Shown here piece after piece: positions 1 to 12,861 of a DNA stretch of 64,000 bases (positions are counted from its first letter, which is position 1; each line of letters starts with the position of its first letter). Source of the stretch: Trichosphaerium sp. ATCC 40318 (taxonomy: Eukaryota > Protista > Tubulinea); contig JALMLS010000417.1 in NCBI GenBank assembly GCA_038496445.1, forward strand, positions 1 to 64,000. The letters run 5' to 3'. The notes beneath the pieces are model-generated. The model had not been told where the DNA came from. It saw only the letters and a program-made list of their open reading frames with translations, and ran no database searches. Made by a program: the position numbers and the translations under genes.

Positions 1-1517
1 ACGTTAACAATCTAAGTATAACCGTCCATGGTGGTCCAAGGTAAAACCGAAGAAACCAATCACACAGAAAAAGTATCAAACTCTAACTGTTTTAACCAGC
101 TGGTTGTACAATCTCTTTATTGATATCTTCAAATCGTATATCGAAAGCGCAGCAAACACAGCAATAGCTAATGCCATTGAAAACGAGAAATCTCAACTAG
201 ACAGTGTAATAGCTACAATTCCAATAAGCTACACACTAGGTACCACTGACTTTCATCTTAAAAAAAAGCAAGTTGTTCTAAAAATAGTTTAGAAGACGAC
301 AATGTGCCACTAGCAACGTTAGGCTTTGGATTGACAACAGCACCTATTATTGGGTCTAATTACATCTCATTATCTGTCGCTGGTGTATGGTCAACCGTCC
401 CAGGAGGTGCAGTATCACCTTACACGCCAACAGCTATGCCAACACTCGATACAACTGAAATGCTTGAGGTACATGACAATTTTTCTTATTTTTGGCTTCT
501 ATTTAAATCATTGTTCCTCCAAACCCCGCTAGTATATTATGTTGTGTTACACGACATTTTGGGAAAGCGAGGATCTGATTGTTAAACTAAAGAGGTTTTT
601 ATGTTTGTTTTCTTTTTTAGGTCACTTTAGTACCGTATGTTTTCGACAGTGCAATCTGGGTATTGTGGAAGGAAGGAAAATTAGAGTACACTGTCACACC
701 TGCTGATGTTCCTGCGACTTCTCCTGTAAAGTTGAATACAACAAACTTCAAGGGTTATGTACCTTTGTTGTACCAAAAATATCCAAACAAAGGATTAGAG
801 GTAAGAAATGTTTTGTTTTTCGTTTAGTTGTAGTAAAGGCTAACTCTTTAATTCAGATCAAGATCACTCCTGAAACACCTCTTCCTTTGACTAAAATGAA
901 CTCTTCTGGTATAACGATTAACCTCAAGATTGATATGGAAGTGTAAGGATGACGTCTATTTAAATTATATTTCCTGAAAGACTAATTTTTTTTATGTTTT
1001 TTAGGATGGTCATTGTTGATAATAAAACTATTACACCAGCTTTTATTCTTGAACTAGATGTTGTAGCCTCAGCAAAAGTAAGTCATTATTCAATTCTCAT
1101 ATGTTACTAATAAAACTATAAAGGCGACATTGAATAATACAGCGATAAGTATTAATCTATCACATGTTAGCGATTCAGCAACGCTTAAAAAGTCTTATAT
1201 TGGTACTTTTGATCCTACGACTTTGGAGACTGTAATCAAGTTTTTGCTCACTGGAGTGTTATATCCTTATGCCAATAAGATAGCAAATAAGGGATTTGAT
1301 TTACCAGTCGTTCCAGGCACGTGATTATGAAAGATCGCCTGAAGCGTCTTTACTTTCCTTTTTTTTTTTCTCTTTCTTGAAGTTTTTTGCTTGTTTTGTC
1401 TTACTGTTATCTCTAGACGTCAAGCTTAATAACCCTACTATTATATATGGTAATGGTTATTTATCTGTTGCTTCTGATATTACCTATGTTCCACCATCAA
1501 GTGTTGGTGTTTACTAA
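1..1517 (+). CDS. BPI/LBP/CETP lipid-binding family protein, 3' part (5' end outside window), multi-exon
   Basis: Spliced exons give LYNLFIDIFKSYIESAANTAIANAI..., SPYVFDSAIWVLWKEGKLEYTV, YVPLLYQKYPNK, YPYANKIANKGFDLPVVP|DVKLNNPTIIYGNGYLSVASDITY. This is a typical BPI N/C-domain pattern. Confidence 0.8.
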
Positions 1518-1796
1518 GTAGCAAAATAAAAACAAACCCCGTTGCATTCTTTTTAGCAAGTCTTTCATTCGTCAATGATACCTTGTTTGGTTTTGAGATA
1601 CGCAGGATATTTTTAATAGACAGAGTTTACTTTTATACTCTTTGGTCCAACGTTCCCTGAGGTTTTGAATCAATAAGCATAAAAACCATTTTTTACCTTG
1701 TATGTGAATCACTAACAAAATGGCTTTAGAAAATGGTAACGAAAACACGTGTGAATGAGCAGATGAAAGTGTTTATTACAGTATAATATTAACACT

Positions 1797-4700
1797 TTAC
1801 TCAGCGTTCAAAAAGAATAATGGAAACTCATCTATTGGCGTTGGACTATAAAATGTTAGCACTAAGCTCAAAAATGGATAAAACTAGAGAATGTTTTTTA
1901 GCTTACATTGTTTGCTTTCCAGGTTCAAATGCCTTTTGAGTGTAGTGATGCACCTAGCAATATTAAAGGTAATTTAAATTATTACGCATACCCATGTATA
2001 TCCTTTAGGTAGTGAAGGTAAGCATACCTCTCTTGACTTGGCTTGATACTCCAACACTATGGTTATCAGGCAAACATCTTTTTTATCGGTTTCTTTGTAC
2101 CTGGAGCGACTAGCCAATCTGGACCGAACATATATTGATCATCAGCTGATGCGCAAGGATCATTTTGAAAATCCCAGAACATTGGTCGAAGTACAGGTAT
2201 ACCTGTCTCGGAGGCAATCTTCATCTAATAGCAAAAAAATTTGGTTACAAAAAACTGCTTGATTAAGTGTTTAAGTATATACGCACGTGTTTCATGACGT
2301 AATCTCTCAATTGCTCTCGAAGCAGTATAACTTTTGAAATAACAGCATACGCAGTATCGCCAAATTGCCAAACCTAAGAGAGTTTAAGGAATTCCAACAA
2401 AGTTGAAAGATTACCTCATTAGGACCTCCAGAACCACCGCATGTACTACTGTTAGGGTCAAAAGGACTCCGGTGGCCATGTAGTCTGAACTAACACGTCA
2501 CGTTTAGTAAATACAAGCATACTTAAACCAAGTTACCAATGGGCAGAAAGCACCAAACTGGAACCTAAGCAAAAGTGTAAAAATCAGAATTCTCTAGAAG
2601 TTATTTAAACTTACCATCTTACAATCAATTCTTGAAACTTTGGGTCCTTGATGTTACCTCCCTTGTATCTTTTGTGAAAAGCTATTTAGGAACAGAAAAA
2701 TACTAACCTCGTAGCCGCCAATATCGGTGGTCCACCAGTACAAGCCTGCAATTAAAACGTTACCAAACATGTCAAAAAATCCAGCAAAAAATGTACCTGA
2801 CATTGCTACGTTTTGAGCTACCCTTACTTGGATTGCTAATTCAGCGAAAGTTGAAGAGATATCCCCACTCCACACGGCAGCGCCATAACGTTGACTACCT
2901 GGATATCAAATCAGCAACATCACAGAAGATTCATTAGAATAGCTTTTTTTCTACAAAGACAGATTGTTTTGTACCAGCCCATGCGCTTCTGCTCAGTAAC
3001 ACAACGTCTTCCTCTCCTTCACCTTTTAATCCATCATAGAACTAAGAAATTAACGGCAAAAGCTATCAAGATACTAAGGTATGACAAAGTAAATACCGTT
3101 TGTTGATGCATTAGAGGATAAGCCATTCCTAACAAAATAAGAAAATATTACTTGTTATTTTTAAATGTACCAACTTGTTCGTCTTGCCCAGCGGCATAGT
3201 ACCATTTACCACTAAAGATAGAAGTCAGTTATTATTAGACTTGCTAATGAAATTATTGATAACTACAAGTGTGGCACCTTGTATCAGGTAGAAAACGTTG
3301 TGGTTCGTCAGCATCTAACCAGTACATCTTAACACCATTATCATAATACCCTTTCTTAACTTGATCCCAAACAAACTATAAAAAAAAGGCTGTTAGAATC
3401 CTTGTTGCTCATCCAAAGCGCTGAGATATGCACATCTACGTACTCTAAAAAACGATATATTAATAGGTAACAAAAGAAACAGCTTAACAAATGAATCTTA
3501 CTTTCTGGCATCAGGATTGAAAGGATCGTAAACATAAGAGCTAAAAGGGAATGGTATACCACTTGAGTTCATTACAAGGTATCTAATATAATTATATTAA
3601 TTTTGTGTCACAAACAGTAGCAATGAGCTACTTCAGAAACGTACTTATTGTCAAACATTGGTTTAAAGTTATGGCTTTTTTCATCAATAATCGGCCACAC
3701 TGACACCTTTTCATTATTAGACGTCTGTTTGACACACGTGATTTTTTTTTTTTGACCCTTACCATAATTTCTGTTCCGTGGCCGTTTAGGTTTTGAACCA
3801 TTTTTGATGGAGTCTCCCAGCAAGCAGGGTTAAACGACCAGTCTCCAAAGTTAACCCTAGATTTTCTTAGTTGTTTTCATAAATAGCTTTGACTTACCAG
3901 TTGAAGTAGTCTACAACAATAACGCTTAATGGTAGGTTCCTTTATATTGTGTTAACATTTTAGGATCATACAAAATCAAATACCTTGTATAGTATCCATC
4001 AGCTATACTGAGTAACTCAGTTTCGTTCCTGTATCTGTTCTTACATTGCCAAAATCCTACCTTAAGTTTAGCTATGTAATAATGCCGCATGTGATCACCT
4101 GAAGCATGAAAAGGCAAGATTGGCGGATGACCTGTTGCGTCTACGTAATTGTGCATTATTTCGGAGTAATCGAGGTTGCTTGAAGACGTTGTTGTAACCC
4201 AAAAATCTCAAAACAAAATGTTAATAGTCCACTTTATTGAGCAGCTTCTCACCTATTTGAGTGGCCCCATTAGATACCCATGTAGTTCCATTAGCTAGTA
4301 TTGATATTGATCCAAAAGAAGGTAAGTTCCTAAGGCAGAAAATCAGACAATACAGAAGAGTCTGGCAGAGTTAACAATTCTTATTGCGTGCCACAAAAAT
4401 CCATATCCTGCCGAAGACTGATAAAAAGGAATACTAATATCAGCTCCTCTTGAATAAGAGTATATTTGGCTTCTCTGAAATATATGTGTATAAGGTTTAT
4501 TTTGAAGTTTGCCTGTTCTATGCTCGCCCAAACCATAGATGTTCTTTCGAGAAAATCAACAAAAGTTAGGTAAAAAAAAAGCAAACGACGCACTTCATCT
4601 TGAGGTTCAAAAGATATAGACGCCTTTGATGTCCCTTCAACTGTATCTGCGCTACCGAAGGAGTGACTCATTTCTCGTAACAAAACCTGGTTCCGGTTGT

Positions 4701-5165
4701 CAGCACTTTTTGTCACGTGACAAAGATCGTTTAAGTTGTTGTGCCTTTTTATCAGATACGCGTGTTACAACGAGTTTGCCATTTTCGACAGTTGCTGCAA
4801 TATTTCCGTTTGAAGTGTAAAACGGCTTGTGATTGATTTCCGCGCTGTAAACCAATTAGAAGAGATTCTACTTGGCTTGAAGGCGACGTACTTTGTAATT
4901 TTTGGTGGGTTTGGGAGTAATGCCTTTATTGAACTTAAAGTGGTTTAGGATTGTCTAGCGTACCTGTACAGCCAAATTTTTAGGTTCTCCGCTTACGGTT
5001 ATCCGAATACGAAGTGAATCCGTCCCCCAAGGGTCTATTTGAGTGACGCTTGGCTCACCAAATACCCCCTAAAAAGGGTGAGATAGTTTGACACGATTTT
5101 ATGTGTACCAGGGTGTTCGCGCTATATAACACTGTAATAAGTGTTAACAATACCTTTAGATCCAT
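1797..5165 (-). CDS. Secreted glycoside hydrolase family 31 (alpha-xylosidase/glucosidase-like), multi-exon
   Basis: Signal peptide MDLKVLLTLITVLYSAN; GFWQCKNRY; VIVVDYFNW; nucleophile motif YWLDADEP (~3301-3325); acid/base motif WSGDISSTF; WWTTDIGGY; GGPNEVWQFG; ends SPTPIDEFPLFFLNAE*. Confidence 0.92.
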
Positions 5166-5861
5166 TTGAATACTAAAACAGTTGGTTGTGTAACCGACAA
5201 TCTTGAGAAAAACGTTTCGGATGAGAACTTGTTTGAATTATCATTTTCCACTTTACACTAAATTATTTTGGCTTCTGTATTGGGCAATCACGCATCAAAC
5301 CATAGATCATAAATGAGCGTTATTGGAGATCATACTTGTACAGTGCTGAAGCGTTTTGGAAACGATAAAAACGATGTTCACAACGGGATTTAAATCACGT
5401 GGCTTGACCATCGAATACGCATAGGCGTTGTCAGCAACTCACTGAGTAGCGAAATAACAAAAGGTGATGTACTACAACGGTCTAGTCCAAGAAAGAGCAA
5501 GAGTCCCTGTTTGATGTCGACTTTCATTTAAAACAGGTCATATTTTTAGACAAGAGCTTAAAATTTTGAGTTTTCTAGGCGCTTATGATCACGTAAACCC
5601 TTTTGTTGTATAAAGAAATGGTACGTAATTGGCTGTTTTATAGGACTTTGCCGACCAAATCGTCCAAGGAAAACTCATAATTTTATGATTTTGTTAGTCG
5701 ATTTTCTTCCACTGTTGTTTTCTGAGATCTCGCCAGTAGTTTTCCTTAGCAAAACTATGCATACTGAGATGTTTTACAAGCGCTGACTCATTTTAGTCAC
5801 AGATAGTCCTGCATGCAGTTTTTTTACGTCACTTTCAAACAATACGCTATTAAACGACGAA

Positions 5862-7123
5862 ATGATGATAACAAGAAGCAAACGGCGGCGCAGAGCACCT
5901 GTTACGCCTGTACTAGTGTAAATAACCTATTTTCCTTCTTTTTCTGTAATTCTTCACGCAAATACCGATTTATTAACTTCTGACGCGTTTGTTATAGGAA
6001 TACGCACTCAATATTCGATTTACCGTCGGAAATAATAAAAGAAATTCTAAATTTCTGCCCTTCGACTTTACCAACAGCGCATTCATGTCAATACCTTTAT
6101 AAACTCATTGTAGAGCATATAGGGTATAGAAGAATCTATATAAAGACAGAAGAAGACTTTAACGTCCTTTCAAAAAGTCCTCTACTGAAGAACACGTTTG
6201 TTTACTGCCATTTCGAAGAGGCAAGGAATAGGCATATAAAAAAACTATCAGGTATCCAAAGACTATGTCTTAGGAAATGTAAGAAAGTAACAAATATGGG
6301 TATAAGATCGTTATCTGGTATACAATTTCTTAATATAAGACAAACAACAAAGATAACTCATAAAGGACTTCGTGCACTTAAAGGAATACAAACACTTTTA
6401 GTTTATGGATCAAAGAGTCTAACAGATGAAGGTCTTAAGGCTATTTCAGGTGTACAAAAGATAGATATCGGTCAGTGTGAGAAAATAACGGATGAAGGTA
6501 TACGTCATTTATCAGGTGTTCATACAATAGATCTTTACGGTACATCTGTTTCTGAGAAAGGACTTAGAGGTATTTCAGGTGTTCATACAATAAATCTATC
6601 TTATTGTAAGTCAGTTACAAATGAAGGTGTCAGAGCTCTTGCTGGTGTTTATAAGATAAATCTCACTGGCTGTACTAGAGTATCAGATGAAGGCATTAAG
6701 GCATTAAAAGGTGTACATACACTTAACATTAGCGGACTTGATATCACTGATAAAGCGATATCATCACTTGGAGGTGTTTATGATATTGAGCTCTCCAATT
6801 GTGAAAACGTCACTGATGTAGGTATTAAGGCGCTTAAGGGTGTTCATACTATACATATTCGTCATTGTGATAAGATTACTGATGAAGGTATTAAAGCTAT
6901 TGCTGGCGCACATACGATTGATATGACTTTTTGTTCTGCTATTACAGATGAAGGTGTTAAGTCACTTGCTGGTGCTCATACTATTTGGATGGATAGGTGT
7001 TTTCATGTTACTGATGAAGGTATTTCTGCTCTTAAAGGTATTAAAAAGATAAGTGTTCTTGGGTTGACAAAAGTAACAAAGGAAGGTTTGTCTGTGTTGC
7101 AAGGTGCAACAATTTACAGTTGA
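5862..7123 (+). CDS. F-box + leucine-rich repeat (AMN1/LRR_CC-like) protein, one 5' intron
   Basis: The frame stays open upstream of the 6296 ORF: SIFDLPSEIIKEILNFC (F-box). It is followed by about 11 repeats of 24 aa (xxITDEGIKALxGVHTIxL). Short first exon MMITRSKRRRRAP from 5862. Confidence 0.85.
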
Positions 7124-7495
7124 AGACACTACTATACAACTTCGTGACATTGCAGTGGATAGTCGCTCACAGGTTTTTTGCTTTCTAAGAGATTTTGTCT
7201 GCAAAATGACGTTTTGTAACGCAGCAATTGTTTTAGTTAGTATAAAGTAAATTTATTGTAAAGCACGTGTTTACTACTTTAAAAAAAACACGTGACAAAA
7301 TTCCCGTTTAGTTTCGTGAGCAACAGGCCGAGAGTACATAGAAACAAGGGCCGTGATGGATTCCTAAAGATGCCTTATGGTCTATCATCTCGATTTATGT
7401 TACCTTAGCTCCGAGTGAGGTATTAAGCGAGACGTTTAAGCTATCATGTATTGGAATAGTCAAACGACTTCTTCAACCCTGAAGCAAACCAAGCG

Positions 7496-8258
7496 ATGTC
7501 TGTTGAAAATACCACAAGCCAGACTGAGTCAGCATCAAAAGGCGCAAAAAGCGTACAAATAACTGATCCCAAAGAGTTAAAGCAATACGAAGCCACTATT
7601 GAGTTGCTAGTAGGTGTTGGATACTATAAAGCAAGCGACACTACTTTAACACCTTTTGATCGAGTTATTGGAGGCCTTTGCTTTTGTATTACAAATAGTA
7701 GAGTAAACAGTGATGTTATACTTACTTTTAAAGAGCGTGCCGGCATATCACAAAAAATGTACCTACCATCTTCCTTGAAAACTTGATGATAATTCTTTCT
7801 CTTGATGCAGTTTTGCTGGCAATTATATTCTCGACTTTACTGATATGCTCTGGACCGCCTTTTGGCGTAAGCTAGACGTCCTTATAGCACATGTCAAGTC
7901 TTAGAGTTTTGATAATACTTACTTTATTGTGTAGGCAATTATGTGATAATGTGATAGGGGCTTTGAAAAAAATGCACTATCCAAGTCGTATAGATGCACA
8001 TGAACTTATGTACCTTAATTATGTCAATATCCTACCGATACTAAAATGGCTTGAGAAACACATGTAATTGACCTAATAAAGTCTACTCCCGGGACAGTTT
8101 CTTGTAACAGTAGACTGTTAGACAAACAGAAATGGTTGTTACAGCGACAAGTGAGAAACAAAATAAATGTTGACAACATCAGCTTGTTTCAATTTAATTG
8201 TATGAACACCATGAAGACAAGACAGGTCACTCAGATACAGTATTGTGAGAAACGATAA
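7496..8258 (+). CDS. CCDC93-like N-terminal calponin-homology domain protein (short, 3 exons)
   Basis: IELLVGVGYYKA..LTPFDRVIGGLCFCI..FKERAGISQK|QLCDNVIGALKKMHYPSRIDAHELMYLNYVNILPILKWL resembles the CCDC93 N-terminus as I recall it. Stop at 8256-8258 in my exon model. Confidence 0.7.
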
Positions 8259-8696
8259 TTTTAGTGTTTTTAAGCAAAGACTGTTTCAGCATCTTGCAAT
8301 CAGAAGACATTTAGTTCTTTGCAACGAAAGTTTAACAAAGCAAATATTGTACCGAATAGTATTGCCAAAAAATCGAGAGACTGTTGTACCTCTTATACGC
8401 TCTGTTTTGCATAAGTACCGTAAACTTGTGTTAACGTCTCTGCAGGCAGGCGGTGAATTGTTACTTGATTCATCATTATACAAGGTACTGTAACCCCTTT
8501 AAAATATTAGTTGTGCATGTAACTGAACAGTGGACTTAAAAACAATACTAGGCCACCAAAACCTCAAGAAAGGGAAAAAACCACACACATCTTCAATGAG
8601 TTTTCTTGGTATAAACTTTCTGCTTTTTTTCTGCTATTGACTGTTATTTCTGTGATAATACCTTAACTACGTTAGTCTTTTCACAGCTTTATAGTG

Positions 8697-9347
8697 ATGT
8701 CTAATACTATGCAAGTGTTCTGCCAGCTTCCACAAGTAGTGCGAGAAGCACTACGTGCTTTTCGGACAGAAACAATCTGTATAGCACCAAACAGCACTGT
8801 TTATGACCTCAAAAAGCTTCTGGAGGTTAAAACTGGCTTTCCAAGCACTTTCATTCGTATATCGGATAAAGGCTGCAGAAAACGTTATACAGACACTGAC
8901 GTAATAGACAAGACGTATAAAGAGCATACATTCAGATATTGGGTCCATCCAACGATATTGCCCGACCACGACATCTATTCCGATCCACTCATGACCAGCA
9001 TCCCACCACGCAAGTGTGAAGGGAGACAACTACTCTATTATGCAGTTTGTTACCTCCAAGAAAAACACGTGGAGAGATTGCTGGAAACAGGCAAATACGA
9101 CGTCAACAGTTATGATAGCTCTTTTAAGTTTACATTCTTAAATCAACTATGTAGTGGCAACAGCGGTGCAAATATGTTTTACAGTGGCGAAAATAGAGCC
9201 AAGTTTAATGCCATTGTACTCCTTCTCCTTGCTCATGGAGCTAGAAATGATATACCTGATACTTTCGGTAGAACACCATTACAAAATGCTGAAAAAAATA
9301 ACATGACGCCAATTGTGAAGCTACTGAAGGCTCACTTTAACTTGTAA
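8697..9347 (+). CDS. Ubiquitin-like domain + ankyrin repeat protein, intronless
   Basis: Ubl-like STVYDLKKLLEVKTGFPSTFIRI; ankyrin LLLAHGARNDIPDTFGRTPLQNAEKNNMTPIVKLL. Confidence 0.75.
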   Translation: MSNTMQVFCQLPQVVREALRAFRTETICIAPNSTVYDLKKLLEVKTGFPSTFIRISDKGCRKRYTDTDVIDKTYKEHTFRYWVHPTILPDHDIYSDPLMTSIPPRKCEGRQLLYYAVCYLQEKHVERLLETGKYDVNSYDSSFKFTFLNQLCSGNSGANMFYSGENRAKFNAIVLLLLAHGARNDIPDTFGRTPLQNAEKNNMTPIVKLLKAHFNL

Positions 9348-10086
9348 ATGTTAATACAATCCATTATTGAGCTATCACGTGTCTATACTTTATTGGTGTT
9401 GGTCATACCTGATATGCGGAAAATAGGAAACAGAACATAGTACATCCAAACACATTAGTCACGTTTTTTAAGGCATAATATCTGAACATGCTTCGATGGA
9501 AGCAACAGAGACTGTACATGCTTCTTGCCCATACTCAAATATATCCACTTTTGGCATGAAGCTGTCACAACAGTCTGTATCAAGGTTCTCATAAACAAAA
9601 CTCAATATCTCAAACTGTTGGTTGAAACAAAGTATCCTCCCTAGATTAACTCGGAAAAAAAGAGGAAAGCTCTATTTCCTTTAGTGCACGGTCTTGCGAT
9701 AAGCTAGGCTGAACCTGATACCACGTTAACTTATGTGTTCTAACCAGGAGCATAAAATACGGTCACATATTGCCCTTGACAAACCACACGCAGGTGAGTC
9801 TTTTGTTCCGATCACGTTTAGAAAGCGATAGTGTTGGCTTTGTAGGCTCGGTGTTGCTAATCCCTCCGGCTCTAAGTTGTTTATTGTTTCCAAGTTCCAT
9901 TCTTTAATCAGGTAAATTATATATGCAGGTTGTTGCATTTGTTAGTATATGGAACCAACTCTGATTGTCACGTGTGTAGACAGGTATTAAGAGAACGAAA
10001 GAATGCGTACGCCGCAAACTAGCCTCAAAAGCCTATTTAAGCGATAACTTAACCGTACCTTAGCGCTACTTGTTTCTAACCTCTAA

Positions 10087-11423
10087 ATGTCACTTGTTAA
10101 CGTCAGCGTAACAGATAAGGTCTGCTTGATATCAATTAACCGTCAAAATGTACGAAATTGCGTAAATGGGCCAACTGCCGTTAAATTAGGTATGACTACG
10201 CATGATACAATACGCTGTGAAGCGCTAAAAACTGATTAAACGTTTTTATTATTTGCAATGGTAATCTACGTATTCCCACTAACTTTGTACTCAGCGGAAG
10301 CGCTTATAGCGTTTGACAAGAACCCAAAGCTATGTGTTGCTGTTTTATATGGCGAAGGAGGATGCTTTTGTGCAGGTGCAGATCTCAAGGCAGTTTCAGC
10401 AGGCTGGGTATTTGTTACATTCAGATTTTTTGTCAGTTTTTAACGACATTGTGTTCAGAAAGCCAAGGATGGCCTTCAACTTGTGCCAGTAAAAAGTATT
10501 CCTGAGAAAGGACCTGACTACGATACAACAGGTAAGCATGATAGACAAAGAAACCACTTGTTGCAAAAGTGACATTAAAACAAGGACCGATGGGGTTTTC
10601 AAGGCTGCTCTTAAGCAAACCAGTTATAGCAGCTGTTGAAGGCTTCGCCGTCGCTGGTGGGCTTGAACTTGCTTGCTGGTGTGATATGCGTACAGCAGCA
10701 GAGGATGCTGTTTTCGGAGTGTTCTGCAGACGATGGGGTGTACCTCTTTTAGATGGAGGAACCGTAAGTACAACTAGGTTTTTATTTTAACTTGAGTACT
10801 AGACCCGGCTACCAAGACTTATTGGGCTTTCACGTGCTATGGATATGATTCTTACAGGAAGGCCAGTAACTGCCCCAGAGGTACTAGTATTCTTGAGATA
10901 AATTTTGGTTTACAAAACACGTAGGGATTGTCAATGGGTCTTGTCAATCGGGTTGTACCCAGAGGTAACAGAATGAACTTTTATGTTTTCTAACAATGAC
11001 AAGGCACAGCTGTTCTTAATGCTGTAGCGATAGCAAAGCAGATTTCTTCATTCCCACAGGTATGTTTCACAAAGCTGCAGTGTAAGAAAACTAATGTCTA
11101 CCTCCAAGGCAACAATGCGTGCCGACAGAATGTCAGCAATTCGTCAGTATCAACACGGAAACATAAAAGACGTAAGTTGGTGATTTTATTGCAATTACGA
11201 TCCTTTTGTCTTAACTAAATTCAACACAAGGCTTTACGGAGTGAGTACGAATTAGGGGCGCCTTGTGCAGCTGATGCTGTTCGCGGAGCAACTATTTTTG
11301 CTGTAAAGAAAAAAGGTTCACATTATTTTGGGTTTATCACGTGATATTATTAACATAGTGTTCTTAGGTAGACACGGAAGCTTTTCAGAGTTCACTGGTG
11401 TTAAAAAAAAGTCCAAACTATAA
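10087..11423 (+). CDS. Enoyl-CoA hydratase/crotonase family protein, peroxisomal (C-terminal SKL), multi-exon
   Basis: INRQNVRNCVNGPTA, FCAGADLK, KPVIAAVEGFAVAGGLELACWCDMR, FCRRWGVPLLDGGT, RLPRLIGLSRAMDMILTGRPV; ends TCC AAA CTA TAA = SKL*. Confidence 0.93.
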
Positions 11424-11570
11424 ACAAAGCAAAGGGCCAATAAAACGAACAAAACAGTCCTTGCAGCACTTCAATAAGCTGGTTTTTTTTGTTGTTGTAA
11501 CATTTCGCTGAAATTATTTTAGCGTAAACCTTATCGGCTGTTACGCCGAAGTATAACCATTTTACTGCGA

Positions 11571-12471
11571 ATGGTGGTGTTTTTGGTGCGCAGCGAGCAA
11601 AACTTTGAAATTTCTACCTTTTTGTAAGGGTATTTCTTGTTGTGACCATGTGGAACGCTACAGAGCTATTAGAAATGTACTTAACGACCGAAGAGCCTCG
11701 TTTGTTTCATTTAGATGTCGGTTGGTCACTGTTCTGGTGTTTAGTGCTTGGGCTTATCTATTTTATGGACCAAAGGTACAAACAAAGCGGAAATACGCGC
11801 CAAAATGAAGTTTAATAATTTACTAGTACAGATATGATTTATCTATGGTTCTTTTACCTCCATACGCCAGACGATATCGGTAGAGGTGCTTCAATGGGTA
11901 TTGGGCTTGGTATTTACATGGTAGTCCTCAAGTACGTCATTTACGCGTAAAAACCATCGCAAACGCGCTAAATAGCGTTAAATACTCGAATCCAAAGGTT
12001 TTAGTTCACTAACATTATCGATAGACCAATTATATCGTCGTTTTACTGTGAGAGCACTACCTTGCTTATTTTACTTGGATTTGTAGCATTTTATGAAGTG
12101 GGAGTTGTATCTAGGTTCCTATCTATCAATATGTGTGATGTACGACTATTTAACAATCCTGTAACGTGGTCATTCTTGTTTTCTTTTTAATTCACTTCTA
12201 GGATGTTCTACTTGGTTCACACTACCTGATTCTTGGGTTTCCTCTTGGATTCATTGTACTAGCTACACAGTCACTTGGTTATTATACTGCATTCATGTTT
12301 GGGCTTTGTCAATTAGCTCTTTTGGTCCCTCTTATTCCGATTTGTTGGATTCTTTTTCATACTCATATCTTCGTTCCTATTGTTCGTGTCATTAGTATAG
12401 TTTGTATCCCTGCATATGTGCTCATTGAAGAAGAGTTTTTTGGGCCTCATTGGACTGAGATAGATACTTAA
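11571..12471 (+). CDS. Hypothetical multi-pass membrane protein, about 5 exons
   Basis: GT-AG joined exons give several hydrophobic segments (LVTVLVFSAWAYLFY; ASMGIGLGIYMVVL; LLILLGFVAFY; LALLVPLIPICWILF). No family recognised. Confidence 0.55.
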
Positions 12472-12861
12472 TTTAAGCAAAGAAGGGTGCGTCAGAAACA
12501 AACTAGTTTCTCTTAAAGAGCTTGAATTGGTTTTTTAACTTGTTTCCTCTAGTACAAATACCAGACTTTAAAAACGTTATATCAAACAATGAGCACTAAA
12601 TGATGAAATGTATACGAATACGTTCGCGGCAAACGTTTTCCGCTGAAGCTCGTTATAGGAGTAAAACTGTAATTTTAATCGAAAGATAACTTTGTGTTTT
12701 TTTAAGTGAAGTTAGATTCTAATGAGGGCACTACAAGCGCTAACAGTTTTATTTACCACAAATGCAAGTTCATTAGGCTAACCTTTGCGCGATCCTTTTT
12801 TTTTGCACATTCGAATTTTCTCAATCTTGATAGTCTTTTATCTTCTTTCTTTGTTTGGGAT

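Noticed and set aside
9470-9938. Minus-strand ORF fragments of about 70 codons
   Set aside because: No recognisable homology or convincing splice model.
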